A program made the translations under genes and the position numbers. DNA of 64,000 bases from contig JBBDRL010000109.1 of the NCBI GenBank assembly GCA_040905505.1, forward strand, positions 4,509-68,508. The letters run 5' to 3'. Below are positions 37,342 through 46,513 of the stretch, piece by piece (within the stretch, counting starts at the first letter, position 1; each line of letters begins with the position of its first letter). The DNA comes from Gemmatimonadota bacterium (GTDB lineage: Bacteria; Gemmatimonadota; Gemmatimonadetes; Longimicrobiales; Longimicrobiaceae). The notes beneath the pieces were generated by a model. The model worked only from the letters and a program-made list of their open reading frames with translations. It did no database searches and had not been told where the DNA came from.

Positions 37342-39087
37342 TCAGCGGGGCACCGGTAAGGTCGCTGGAGCATCGGAGTTCACCGCACCCATACCTGCTG
37401 GCGCCGCGCCCGGGCCGCCGCGGCCGCCGGGACGCTCCCGCCTGAGCGCCGCGACCGCCTCGAGTGCCACCAGAATCGTCGCGCCCAGAATGAGCACGTC
37501 CATGAAAACCAGGAAGTAGCTGCTGGAATCCCAGAACTGTCGGAGCTGAATGATGAGCGCCCAGGTCGCCATCACCAGCAGGAAGGTGAGGGGCACCAAC
37601 GTGTAGCGGATCGGCCGGCCCATCTTGAGCAGCAGAACGCTGATCACCAGGAGCGTGAGGCCGGCGAGGAGCTGATTGGTCGTGCCGAAGAGCGGCCAGA
37701 TGATCATCCCCCCAGCGCCCGCGGCCCCGCCCGCTCCGAAAGCCAGCGCGATGCACGAGCCCACCGCGATCAGAGTTGCCGCCGTGCGGCCCTTCAGCAG
37801 TCCGATGCCGTAGATCTCCCCCCATTCCTGGACGATGTAGCGCTGGAGCCGTACGCCGGTGTCCATGGTGGTCGCCGCAAACAGGACCGCCATCACCGCC
37901 AGGAGTGTCTCGGAAAACGCGACTGGTAAACCCAGCCCCAGATTCACGATGCGGGCGCCACCGCGAACGAACGCGTCGGTGCCGCCTGCAGCGAACGAGG
38001 TGTAGAACGCGTTCCAATCGGCCACCGACGCGAACCCGGCAGTACAGGCGATGATCGCAGCCAGAGCCAGCGTGCCCTCACCGACCGCACCGAGGTATCC
38101 GACGAAACGAACGTCGGTCTCCTTGTTGAGCTGCTTCGACGTGGTGCCCGAGGAGACGAGTCCATGGAAGCCGGAGATCGCGCCGCAGGCGATGGTGACG
38201 AAAAGAAGCGGCACGAACGATGGCGCGCCGAGCGCTGAGGCCGCCTCCCCGTTCCAAGCAGGCGCTACGATCGTCGGATTGCCGATGACGACCGCCAGGT
38301 AGATGACGCCGAGGGCTACGAACAACTGCAGGCCGTTGATGTAGTCACGCGGCTGGAGGAGGGCCCAGACGGGGAGGACCGATGCGATGCCCGCATACGC
38401 GAACAGCGCCAGGACCCAGACCGCCGGCGCCGCCACCCCCGCGACCTCATCCGGCAGAACGACGGGGACGTAATCGCCCGCCCACATCGCGATATACAGA
38501 AGGATCAGACCCACGACCGATGGCCCCAATAGCCCGACCCCCCGCCGATATACGAGAAAGCCGATCGTCATTGCGATCGGGATGACGATCCACGCGGAAA
38601 GGACGCTCGAGGGGACGCTGATGAAGAGGTTCGCGATCACGATCGCGAACACCGCGTTGACCATCAGGAGCAGCAGGAAGATGACGATCATGAAGACGCT
38701 GCGGGCGCGGGGCCCGATCACCGACTCCGTGAGCGCCCCGATCGACTTCGCCTTGTTCCTGGAGCTCGCCCAGAGCGCGCCCGCGTCGTGGACACCCGCG
38801 AAGAACACGGTTCCGAAAACGACCCAGAGGAAGGCGGGGAGCCAGCCCCAGATGACCGCGATGGCGGGACCGACGATCGGCGCCGCGCCGGCGACAGAGG
38901 TGAAGTGATGGCCCCAGAGCACCATCTTGTTGGTCGGGACGAAGTCCACCCCGTCCTCGAACTCGTGTGCGGGAGTCCGGAAGTCCGGATCGAGCCGGAG
39001 GATCTTTTCCGAGATGAACCTGGAGTAGAATCGATACCCGGTGATGAAGCCGAACAACCCGATGACCGCCAGAACGATCGCGCTCAT
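37342..39087 (-). CDS. cstA: Carbon starvation protein A (peptide or pyruvate transporter family)
   Basis: 581 aa polytopic protein. WGHHFTSVAGAAPIVGP and GFHGLVSSGTTSKQ are CstA hallmarks. An AGGAG RBS is present. Confidence 0.9.
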   Translation of the reverse strand: MSAIVLAVIGLFGFITGYRFYSRFISEKILRLDPDFRTPAHEFEDGVDFVPTNKMVLWGHHFTSVAGAAPIVGPAIAVIWGWLPAFLWVVFGTVFFAGVHDAGALWASSRNKAKSIGALTESVIGPRARSVFMIVIFLLLLMVNAVFAIVIANLFISVPSSVLSAWIVIPIAMTIGFLVYRRGVGLLGPSVVGLILLYIAMWAGDYVPVVLPDEVAGVAAPAVWVLALFAYAGIASVLPVWALLQPRDYINGLQLFVALGVIYLAVVIGNPTIVAPAWNGEAASALGAPSFVPLLFVTIACGAISGFHGLVSSGTTSKQLNKETDVRFVGYLGAVGEGTLALAAIIACTAGFASVADWNAFYTSFAAGGTDAFVRGGARIVNLGLGLPVAFSETLLAVMAVLFAATTMDTGVRLQRYIVQEWGEIYGIGLLKGRTAATLIAVGSCIALAFGAGGAAGAGGMIIWPLFGTTNQLLAGLTLLVISVLLLKMGRPIRYTLVPLTFLLVMATWALIIQLRQFWDSSSYFLVFMDVLILGATILVALEAVAALRRERPGGRGGPGAAPAGMGAVNSDAPATLPVPR

Positions 39088-39519
39088 CCGCCAGATCTCC
39101 TATCCGCAGCCGACGAGCGGCTCCGGAAGTTCAGGTGTGTCGCGTTACCGGTAGGGGGTAGTGAGACTGCCGCTAGTCCGTGCCTGTCGATCCCCACCGG
39201 CTCTTCCTGGAGCGGTCGGTCGGGGAAGGCGCTGGTTCGAGCGTGGTGGAGCGGTCGCGTGGACTGTGGCGATCGGCGCCCAGCACCAGACAGCGGTTCG
39301 TAGGCCGGGTTGTTTCAAGGCCGTTGGAAAGCACTTCGTGTGGGAAGCATGAGAGCATCTTCTGGAGCTCTGCTGCTTGTTACCGCGCAGGGGTCTCCTT
39401 CGTTCCGCTCCGGTGGGGTCAGCTTGCCCGAACCCGTTTGGGGACCACAGGCGCACGAGCCGAGTCACTCCTGGCGGGGCCCTCCATGGGCAGGCGCCGC
39501 TGCTCCATTAATAAGGAAT

Positions 39520-39543
39520 AAGGGTCCGAGCTTCCGGACCCTT
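39520..39543 (-). terminator. Intrinsic terminator of the lipoprotein gene
   Basis: AAGGGTCCG pairs perfectly with CGGACCCTT around a 6-nt loop. On the minus strand it is followed by ATTCCTTATTAAT and lies 60 nt downstream of the stop at 39604. Confidence 0.55.
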
Positions 39544-39603
39544 GAACCATTCCTTGTGCCTGCCGCTCCCCGCCCCAGGGCGTCGACGGCCGCCTTTACT
39601 TGC

Positions 39604-40029
39604 TTAGCAGGCGGGGTCGGTACAGGCGAAGACACGCACCGTCGAGAACCGCGGCACATCGGAGACTCCCGGACTCGCCTTCAACTCCCACGTGATGCGG
39701 TGGCCTGGGAACACCTCGACCGGCTCCGACATATGTCGGCGCTGCGTCTTCACCCCCGCCGATGGTCGCGCCACTAGACGAATCGTGCTGGCCGCTCCTT
39801 GCGGGATGCGCACGGTCTCTGCCGACAGGGCTCCCACTCGGCCCAACCGGGTCTCCTGACCCGCGTAAAGCGCATAGATCCGCAGGCTCGACGTCGTACG
39901 ATTGTCGATTTCGATGTCCGTGCCCAGCGACTCCAGGTCTCCGACTTCCGGACTCGTCGCAACCCCGTTCCCGGCGCAGGCTGCCGGAACGGACGCGAGT
40001 AGTACGGCTAGTCCCAGTTTCTTCAGCAT
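39604..40029 (-). CDS. Hypothetical lipoprotein (paralog of 14502-14858)
   Basis: 141 aa with the lipobox LLASVPAAC. The core aligns with the 14502 protein (IEIDNR..LRIYAL..LGRV..AAS..LVA..W.L). Confidence 0.6.
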   Translation of the reverse strand: MLKKLGLAVLLASVPAACAGNGVATSPEVGDLESLGTDIEIDNRTTSSLRIYALYAGQETRLGRVGALSAETVRIPQGAASTIRLVARPSAGVKTQRRHMSEPVEVFPGHRITWELKASPGVSDVPRFSTVRVFACTDPAC

Positions 40030-40527
40030 GTCGTAAGCTCCTATGTCGTGCAGCGGGACTCGCGCCCATCGCCACGTTTTCGATTTTCCTGTGCGATCGT
40101 GAAGGAGCCCGAGCGACCGATCTCTCGACTAGTTGTACCGTGCGCAATCGCGGATCAGTCGCCGTGTTCATGTGTACGAACCAAGGCGTATCGGCTCCGT
40201 AAATAGTGGCCCGATCACGACTTATGAATTACGCACGATCGGTGCCGCGATCCCGGCGACCTGAAGCCGGCCCAAAGAGATGGTGGAAAGATTTGAAAAA
40301 AGCGGAGAGTAGCCGCTTCTTCGGCCGCTCGCGACTTCCTCCTGAATGGTGGCACGCGAGGCACGGACAGCGCCGAGCGGGGTCTCCAGAATCGTAGCGA
40401 TGGAGCCGTATGGCGCGGAGTTAGTCCAGTTCCTACATTGACTTAGGCGTCGTGCGAGGTGGCGATCGGGCACATCCATTGCACGTCTCCGCGGACCGAA
40501 AAACATTTGCTCATTCACCGACGTCTT

Positions 40528-41310
40528 ATGCCTTCCATGCTTCGAATGCTCGTGCTGGTCATCGCGGCGCTATCCCTCGCCGCGCCTGCCGCGGCACAGG
40601 GGTCGCTGAAGCTCGTATTGAACATCCCCGCGATGAAGCTGGTCGTCTATGAAGGGGATGAGCGACTGGCTACCTACCCCATCGCCGTGGGCATGCCGGG
40701 TTTCGACACGCCTACGGGGACCTTCGCGATCAGCCACGCAGAGTGGAACCCCTGGTGGCATCCGCCGACGCATCGTGAATGGGCGCGCAACGAGCGGCCG
40801 ACTCCGCCAGGCCCCCTCAACCCGATGGGCAGGGTGAAGCTCTTCTTCCTCCCACTCTACTTCATTCACGGCACGCCGGAGGGGCAGAGCATCGGAACGC
40901 CCGCCTCGCATGGTTGTGTCCGGATGCTCAATGAAGACGTGGTCGAGCTCGCGAGGCTGCTGCACGACCGCGCTGCTCCGCAGGTCACCTCCGACGAGGT
41001 CGACCGGATCCTCGCTCGGGCCGGAACGACGCGCCGGGTGAACTTTCAGGACGATATCGAGGTGGTGATCCGTTACGACCCGATCGTGGTCGAGGGGCGG
41101 GAAGTGTTCGCCTATCCGGACATCTACGACAGAAACGCCATCCACACCGAGAGCGTTTATCAGGCGTTGCTCGCGGCCGGGTACGACGTGTCGGCGGTCG
41201 ACCACGAAGCCGTCCGCCAGTTTGTCGAGCGGGCCCGGGACCAGCGGGCACCCGTGGTCGAGCGGCTCGACGAGGCGTTTGGAAGCGCTCTCGTCCTGGC
41301 GGGGTCCTGA
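40528..41310 (+). CDS. L,D-transpeptidase (YkuD domain)
   Basis: ATG 40528 gives a signal peptide. The catalytic motif is HGTPEGQSIGTPASHGCVRM. Confidence 0.85.
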   Translation: MPSMLRMLVLVIAALSLAAPAAAQGSLKLVLNIPAMKLVVYEGDERLATYPIAVGMPGFDTPTGTFAISHAEWNPWWHPPTHREWARNERPTPPGPLNPMGRVKLFFLPLYFIHGTPEGQSIGTPASHGCVRMLNEDVVELARLLHDRAAPQVTSDEVDRILARAGTTRRVNFQDDIEVVIRYDPIVVEGREVFAYPDIYDRNAIHTESVYQALLAAGYDVSAVDHEAVRQFVERARDQRAPVVERLDEAFGSALVLAGS

Positions 41311-41333
41311 ACCGATGTCGTGAGGAATACGAC

Positions 41334-42218
41334 TTGCCCCCGATCGCGCCCATGTCGCCTATACCCCTCGAGCACGCCGCCCAACCCATCTTAGGTGCTC
41401 GCCGCGCCTCTGCGACCAGGCCGTCGGTCGGTCAGGCACTCACCGCGCCGGAGTTGGCTGCCGTCCGCTACTTCGTGGCGAGAGTCCTCGAAGAGATCCG
41501 CTCTCCGCTCGTCCAGGCCGCGCTCTTCGGGTCAAAGGCCCGGGGCGAGGCGCGCGCCGATTCGGATGTCGACGTGCTCCTCGTCTTTCGGCATCTCCCA
41601 CCGGATCGGGAGCCCCATGCCAGCGCGGCGGAGCGGATCGCCATGGAAGTTGCGGCGGAGACCCGCGTGCCCGTGACCGTCTGGAGCGTCTCGCTCGTCG
41701 ACCTGGACGTCGGCCAGCGAACACCCATGCTGGTGGACGCGCTCGAGGACGCTCTCCCGATCTGGTGCTGGCCGGAGCCGCTACCTTCCGTCGCCTTCAC
41801 TCCGCCCGACACCGCCCGCTGTGCCGACGCTCTGCTGGCGCGTGTCGCCGAAGGTAGCCGGGACTTCGCCGAGGCTCTGTTCCGGGGCGACCTCTTGGCC
41901 GCGCGCCTGCGGGGGCGTGACGACGTGATTCGACTTCTCACGGCGCTTCTGCTGCTCGATGGTACGACCCGGCCGCGCCGGAGCGATGTCGTCGAGGCCT
42001 ACCGGGTCGTGGATCCCGAGGGCGCTGAGAACCCGCCACTCCTCGCCGACATGCTCGCCTGGGCCAGAGCGTCGTTCGGCGCCGACGGCCGGTGCGACGA
42101 TCTTCCGCCGCCCCCGTCGCCAGGCGGTGAGCGCGGCCTCGCCGAGGTAGTGGATCTGCTTCGCCGCCGCGTGCGCGTGGCGCTCGAGCGACTTTGCCAG
42201 GAGGCGGGACTCGCATGA
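41334..42218 (+). CDS. Nucleotidyltransferase-domain protein with a C-terminal helical (HEPN/KNTase_C-like) domain
   Basis: LFGSKARGEARADSDVDVLLVF is the minimal-NTase G-S...D-x-D signature. About 150 aa of helical C-terminus follow. The start is uncertain (TTG 41334 or ATG 41352). Confidence 0.65.
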   Translation: MPPIAPMSPIPLEHAAQPILGARRASATRPSVGQALTAPELAAVRYFVARVLEEIRSPLVQAALFGSKARGEARADSDVDVLLVFRHLPPDREPHASAAERIAMEVAAETRVPVTVWSVSLVDLDVGQRTPMLVDALEDALPIWCWPEPLPSVAFTPPDTARCADALLARVAEGSRDFAEALFRGDLLAARLRGRDDVIRLLTALLLLDGTTRPRRSDVVEAYRVVDPEGAENPPLLADMLAWARASFGADGRCDDLPPPPSPGGERGLAEVVDLLRRRVRVALERLCQEAGLA

Positions 42219-42287
42219 GGGCACCGGACTTGCACCCGCCCTCTGCCACCCCACCGACTCGAACGAACTCTAGTCCGTAGTGCAGCG

Positions 42288-44201
42288 ATGAGGCTCTTCC
42301 AACCCGATCCGCGCGAGCGGCGCCTCATGGGCGCCCTGTTCATCATTACCTTTGCGGTCGCGATCCTACTCACCGCGTTCTTCCAAACGCAGGTGGTTCG
42401 TGGCGAACAGTTCGCCGTCCGTTCGGAGGAGAACCGGCTTCGGCCGGTCACGATCCCGGCGCCCCGTGGCACCATCACCGACCGGTACGGTGAGATCATC
42501 GCCACGAGCATCCCCGGTTTCTCGCTGACGCTCCTTCCCGGCGAGCCGGAAACCGTCGAGCAGACGCTGGTCGACCTCGCTCCCTTCCTCGGCCTCGCCC
42601 GTGCCGATATCGATCGCCTCATGGTGGCGCGAAATCGTCGACCGCACGACCTGCTGACCGTCACCGAGGACGCGACCTACGCCCAGGTGGCGGCGATCGA
42701 GGAGCGCCGCTCGTCCTTTCCGAACCTGCTGGTCGTCGATCGCCCGAAGCGATTTTATCCCGAAGGTACCGCCGTCGGCCACATCATCGGATACGTCGCC
42801 GAGATCAGCCCCGAAGAGCTCCAGCAGCCCGTCTTCAGTGAAGCGGGGTATCGCCAGGGCCGGTGGATCGGCAAGGCGGGGACCGAGCGGCAGTACGAGC
42901 TGACGCTCAGTGGAAGCGACGGCGCGAGATTCGTCGAGGTCGACGCGATGGGGCGCATCGTGAATCCCCGCTCGACGGCCGGCATACTCGCGCCGACGCC
43001 CGGCAGGGATCTGCAGACGACGCTGGACATCGAGCTACAGCGCTACGTGCAGGAGATCTTCCCGGACACGATGAAGGGTTCCGTGGTCGCGATGGTCCCC
43101 TCGACCGGCGAGATCCTCGCCATGTATTCCAACCCTCCCTTTGATCCCAACGATTTCGTTGGCGGCATTTCAGGGCCGCTGTGGACTGCTCTGAATCAGG
43201 ACTCTGAGCTCCCGCTCCTCGATCGATCGATTGTCGCGACCTATCCGCCGGCATCGACATTCAAGCTCCTCACGGCGGCGGCGGGGGTCGAGGGTGGCCT
43301 GGTCGACGCGGGTAGCACGATGCCGATCGCGTGCACGGGGGGGATGGCTTACGCCGGTCGCTATGCACGCTGCTGGTACGCGGCCGGGCACGGGCGGCTG
43401 AACCTGGCTTCGGCACTCGAGAAATCGTGTAACGTCTACTTTTATCAACTGGGAATTCAGTTGGGGCTGAGCAACATGATCAGCTACGGAACGCGCGTCG
43501 GCTTCGGCAGCCCCACGGGCATCGATCTCCCTGCCGAGCGCGTCGGAACGTTCCCGGAGGGCGCCGAATGGTGGCGTGAAAACCTCGGCTACGCGCCACA
43601 GCCCTCGGAAGTCATGAGCCTCGCGATCGGGCAGGGGCCGAACGATCTCACCATGCTCCGGCTCGCCCACTTCTACTCGGCGGTCGCGGGCAACGGTACC
43701 GCGCCAGAGCCATACCTGGTGGTGACGGACGATGCCGGTGAAGGCCCCGGTGCGGTCGATCTGGGATTGAGCCAGGAAGGCCTCGACGCCCTCTGGAGCG
43801 GATTGGCGCTGGTCATTCAGCCGGGCGGTACCGCCTGGCTCTCGGCCCTGGCGGACTGGCAGATCTACGGCAAGACCGGTACGGCGCAGAACCCTCATGG
43901 CCCTGACCACGGGCTCTTCGTCGGCTTCTCCGGCGCGCCCGGGGGGCACCCCGAGATCGTTGTCGCGGCCATCATCGAGCACGGGCTCCACGGCAGCGAC
44001 GTGTCGCCGCTCGTCGCAAAAGTGATCAACAACTATCTCAGCCGGAAGCACGGCGTGCCGTTCGACCCCCAGCCGACATTGATCGAGCGGTACGAATCGG
44101 GCCGAACGATGTGGGGAACGACCGACGAGTATCCCTCGCCGCTGGTGCCGAAGCCCCGAGAAGCACCGATCGAGGCCGAAGCGCAGCCGCGAACGGATTG
44201 A
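42288..44201 (+). CDS. mrdA: Penicillin-binding protein 2 (class B transpeptidase)
   Basis: 637 aa with an N-terminal TM segment, RGTITDRYG, and the active-site motifs STFK, SCN and KTGT. Confidence 0.9.
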   Translation: MRLFQPDPRERRLMGALFIITFAVAILLTAFFQTQVVRGEQFAVRSEENRLRPVTIPAPRGTITDRYGEIIATSIPGFSLTLLPGEPETVEQTLVDLAPFLGLARADIDRLMVARNRRPHDLLTVTEDATYAQVAAIEERRSSFPNLLVVDRPKRFYPEGTAVGHIIGYVAEISPEELQQPVFSEAGYRQGRWIGKAGTERQYELTLSGSDGARFVEVDAMGRIVNPRSTAGILAPTPGRDLQTTLDIELQRYVQEIFPDTMKGSVVAMVPSTGEILAMYSNPPFDPNDFVGGISGPLWTALNQDSELPLLDRSIVATYPPASTFKLLTAAAGVEGGLVDAGSTMPIACTGGMAYAGRYARCWYAAGHGRLNLASALEKSCNVYFYQLGIQLGLSNMISYGTRVGFGSPTGIDLPAERVGTFPEGAEWWRENLGYAPQPSEVMSLAIGQGPNDLTMLRLAHFYSAVAGNGTAPEPYLVVTDDAGEGPGAVDLGLSQEGLDALWSGLALVIQPGGTAWLSALADWQIYGKTGTAQNPHGPDHGLFVGFSGAPGGHPEIVVAAIIEHGLHGSDVSPLVAKVINNYLSRKHGVPFDPQPTLIERYESGRTMWGTTDEYPSPLVPKPREAPIEAEAQPRTD

Positions 44202-44263
44202 TCGGGCGGCCGACCGTCTGATCTCGGGCGCACGCCGGCCCGCGGCCCGGCGCGGCCGGCGCC

Positions 44264-45352
44264 GTGTTTTCCTGCTTGAAGCCTCCAGAAGAGGGCTCGA
44301 ACTTGTCAGAGATCCCGCACGACCTGTCGCGCGACGACCTGCTGCACATCTACCGCTATCTCCGTCTGACACGGTCACTGGAGGAGCGGCTCGTCAACCT
44401 TTTTCGACAGACCAAAGTTGTCGGTGGCCTGTTCCGCTCGCTCGGGCAGGAGGGGGAATCGGTCGCGTCGGCCTATGCGCTGAACCGCCGCACCGATGGC
44501 ACCGGCGACGTACTGTCACCTCTCATCCGCAATCTCGGGTCGATGCTGGTGATGGGCGCCGAGCCCGTCGAAGTGCTGCGACAGTACATGGCGAAGGGTG
44601 ATTCACCGACGCGGGGTAAGGAACTGAACATCCATTTCGCCGACTACCAGCGCGGGTTCATCGGCCAGATCTCTCCGCTCGGTGACCTGGTCCCCGTGAT
44701 GGCGGGCGTCACGCTGACCTTCAAGCAGCGAGGCCAGCGACGGGTCGGGATGGTCTACGTCGGCGATGGCGCGACCTCGACGGGAGCCTTCCACGAAGGA
44801 ATCAATTTCGCCGCCGTTCAGCGCTGCCCCCTGGTCGTGATCGCCGAGAACAACGGCTACGCGTACTCCACACCCGTCTCACGCCAGACGGCCGCCGCCA
44901 CACTCGCCGATAAGGCCAGCGGCTACGGCGTCCACGGTGAACAGGTCGATGGTAACGACGTGTTCGCAGTCTACGCAGCTTCCCGCCGCGCGGTCGACCG
45001 GGCTCGGGAAGGGCAGGGCACGTCGCTCATCGAGGTCCTTACCTATCGGCGGAAGGGACACGCGGAGCACGATGCTCAGCCGTACCAGCCTCGCGAGGAG
45101 ATCGATCACTGGGCTGCGACCAACGACCCGCTGGATCGGTATGTCGCAAGGCTTTCGGAGGAAGGGTGGATCGCTACGGACGAGCTGTCAGTCGTCGATC
45201 AGGAGATCGAAGCATTATTGGACGACGCCGTTTCCCTGGCGGAAGCGTCACCGCTTCCAGAGCCGCGCGGCGCTCTCGAGGACGTCTACGCTGGCACGCG
45301 AGCCACACCGCTGTGGACGCGTCAGGATCCGGCCGCCCCGGGCCTGGGCTGA
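44264..45352 (+). CDS. 2-oxoacid dehydrogenase E1 component, alpha subunit (TPP-dependent; PDH/BCKDH type)
   Basis: 362 aa with the GDGATSTGAFHEGINFAA TPP motif and YR..GHAEHD. Confidence 0.85.
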   Translation: MFSCLKPPEEGSNLSEIPHDLSRDDLLHIYRYLRLTRSLEERLVNLFRQTKVVGGLFRSLGQEGESVASAYALNRRTDGTGDVLSPLIRNLGSMLVMGAEPVEVLRQYMAKGDSPTRGKELNIHFADYQRGFIGQISPLGDLVPVMAGVTLTFKQRGQRRVGMVYVGDGATSTGAFHEGINFAAVQRCPLVVIAENNGYAYSTPVSRQTAAATLADKASGYGVHGEQVDGNDVFAVYAASRRAVDRAREGQGTSLIEVLTYRRKGHAEHDAQPYQPREEIDHWAATNDPLDRYVARLSEEGWIATDELSVVDQEIEALLDDAVSLAEASPLPEPRGALEDVYAGTRATPLWTRQDPAAPGLG

Positions 45353-45356
45353 GTCC

Positions 45357-46391
45357 ATGAACCCCTCGATGCTCCAGAAGCCCGAACACGTCCGCCTGAC
45401 GGAGACCGGGCAGCCCGTCACGTTTCTCGAAGCCATCCGCGAGGCGATCTGGGAAGAGATGGAGCGTGACGAGCGCGTCTTCCTTCTCGGGGAGGATATC
45501 GGCGCCTTCGGCGGCGCCTTCAAGGTCACGGACGGAATGCTCGCGCGCTTCGGCGAAGCCCGTGTGATCGATACGCCGATCTCGGAGACAGGCTTCACGG
45601 GCGCGGCGGCCGGCGCGGCTCACATGGAGATGCGCCCGATCGTCGAGATGCAGTTCATCGACTTCATCGCCTGCGCGTACGACATGATCACCAACTACGT
45701 GGCGACCTCCCGTTATCGCGGAACCGGGCCGCAGCCGATGGTGATCCGCGGACCCTCGGGGGGCGGTGTGCGCGGCGGACCCTTCCACTCACAGAATCCT
45801 GAAGCGGCGTTCTTCCATACGCCCGGCCTGAAGATCGTCTATCCCGCGACCGCTTACGACGCCAAAGGCCTCATGAAGGCTGCCATTCGCGACGATGACC
45901 CCGTCCTCTTCTTCGAACACAAATGGCTCTATCGGCGGCCGCAGCTCCGCGAAGTGCTGCCGGCCGAGGATTACGTCGTCCCACTCGGCGAGGCGCGCAT
46001 CCACCGCGAGGGGCGCGACCTGACGATCGTCACCTACGCGGCGATGGTGCACAAGAGTCTCGAAGCCGCGCAGCAGCTCGAGGAGGAGGACGGACTCTCC
46101 GTCGAAGTCCTGGACCTGCGCACACTGCTGCCGCTCGATGAGCAGGCGGTCGTCGACAGCGTGAAGAAGACGAACCGAGCGCTCGTCGTGCACGAGGACA
46201 CGCGGACCGGCGGAATCGCGGGCGAGATCGCGATGAGGATCAACGAGAAAGCCTTCGAGTGGCTCGACGCGCCGATCCTTCGCGTGACCGCTCTCGACAC
46301 GCCTGTGCCATATTCGCCGCCACTGGAAGACTATTTCTTGCCGCAAACCGAAGACATCGTGACGGCAGCGCGCTATCTGGCGGGATATTGA
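45357..46391 (+). CDS. 2-oxoacid dehydrogenase E1 component, beta subunit
   Basis: In-frame ATG 45357 lies 5 nt after the alpha stop. The protein contains LGEDIGAFGGAFKVT and DTPISE. Confidence 0.9.
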   Translation: MNPSMLQKPEHVRLTETGQPVTFLEAIREAIWEEMERDERVFLLGEDIGAFGGAFKVTDGMLARFGEARVIDTPISETGFTGAAAGAAHMEMRPIVEMQFIDFIACAYDMITNYVATSRYRGTGPQPMVIRGPSGGGVRGGPFHSQNPEAAFFHTPGLKIVYPATAYDAKGLMKAAIRDDDPVLFFEHKWLYRRPQLREVLPAEDYVVPLGEARIHREGRDLTIVTYAAMVHKSLEAAQQLEEEDGLSVEVLDLRTLLPLDEQAVVDSVKKTNRALVVHEDTRTGGIAGEIAMRINEKAFEWLDAPILRVTALDTPVPYSPPLEDYFLPQTEDIVTAARYLAGY

Positions 46392-46456
46392 AGGACTGCG
46401 CCGATGGCATCTAGCGGCGTGCGGCAGACGCGGCCATCGAAGGCGCCAGAGCGATT

Positions 46457-46477
46457 GCTGATAGCTGATAGCTGATC
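46457..46477. repeat. Heptanucleotide tandem repeat GCTGATA GCTGATA GCTGATC
   Basis: Three consecutive 7-mers in the E1b-E2 intergenic spacer. The motif is the same as in the palindrome at 54774-54857. Confidence 0.7.
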
Positions 46478-46513
46478 ACCTCCCCCATCCTTTTGCCCTA
46501 CAATCATGTCCCC

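Noticed and set aside
39230-39260. GGTTCGAGC, a T-loop-like sequence suggesting a tRNA.
   Set aside because: No acceptor stem, anticodon arm or D-arm can be drawn around it.
39520-39543. On the minus strand the hairpin reads GGUCCGGAAG, reminiscent of the SRP (4.5S) RNA apical GGAA tetraloop region.
   Set aside because: The stem is perfectly paired with no symmetric or asymmetric internal loops, and the flanks show no SRP-like sequence. It fits a terminator of the upstream lipoprotein gene instead.
40222-40518. 98-aa minus-strand ORF in the lower-GC intergenic region.
   Set aside because: Third codon positions are AT-rich, unlike all confident genes here. There is no RBS and no motif, and a terminator-like hairpin lies inside it.
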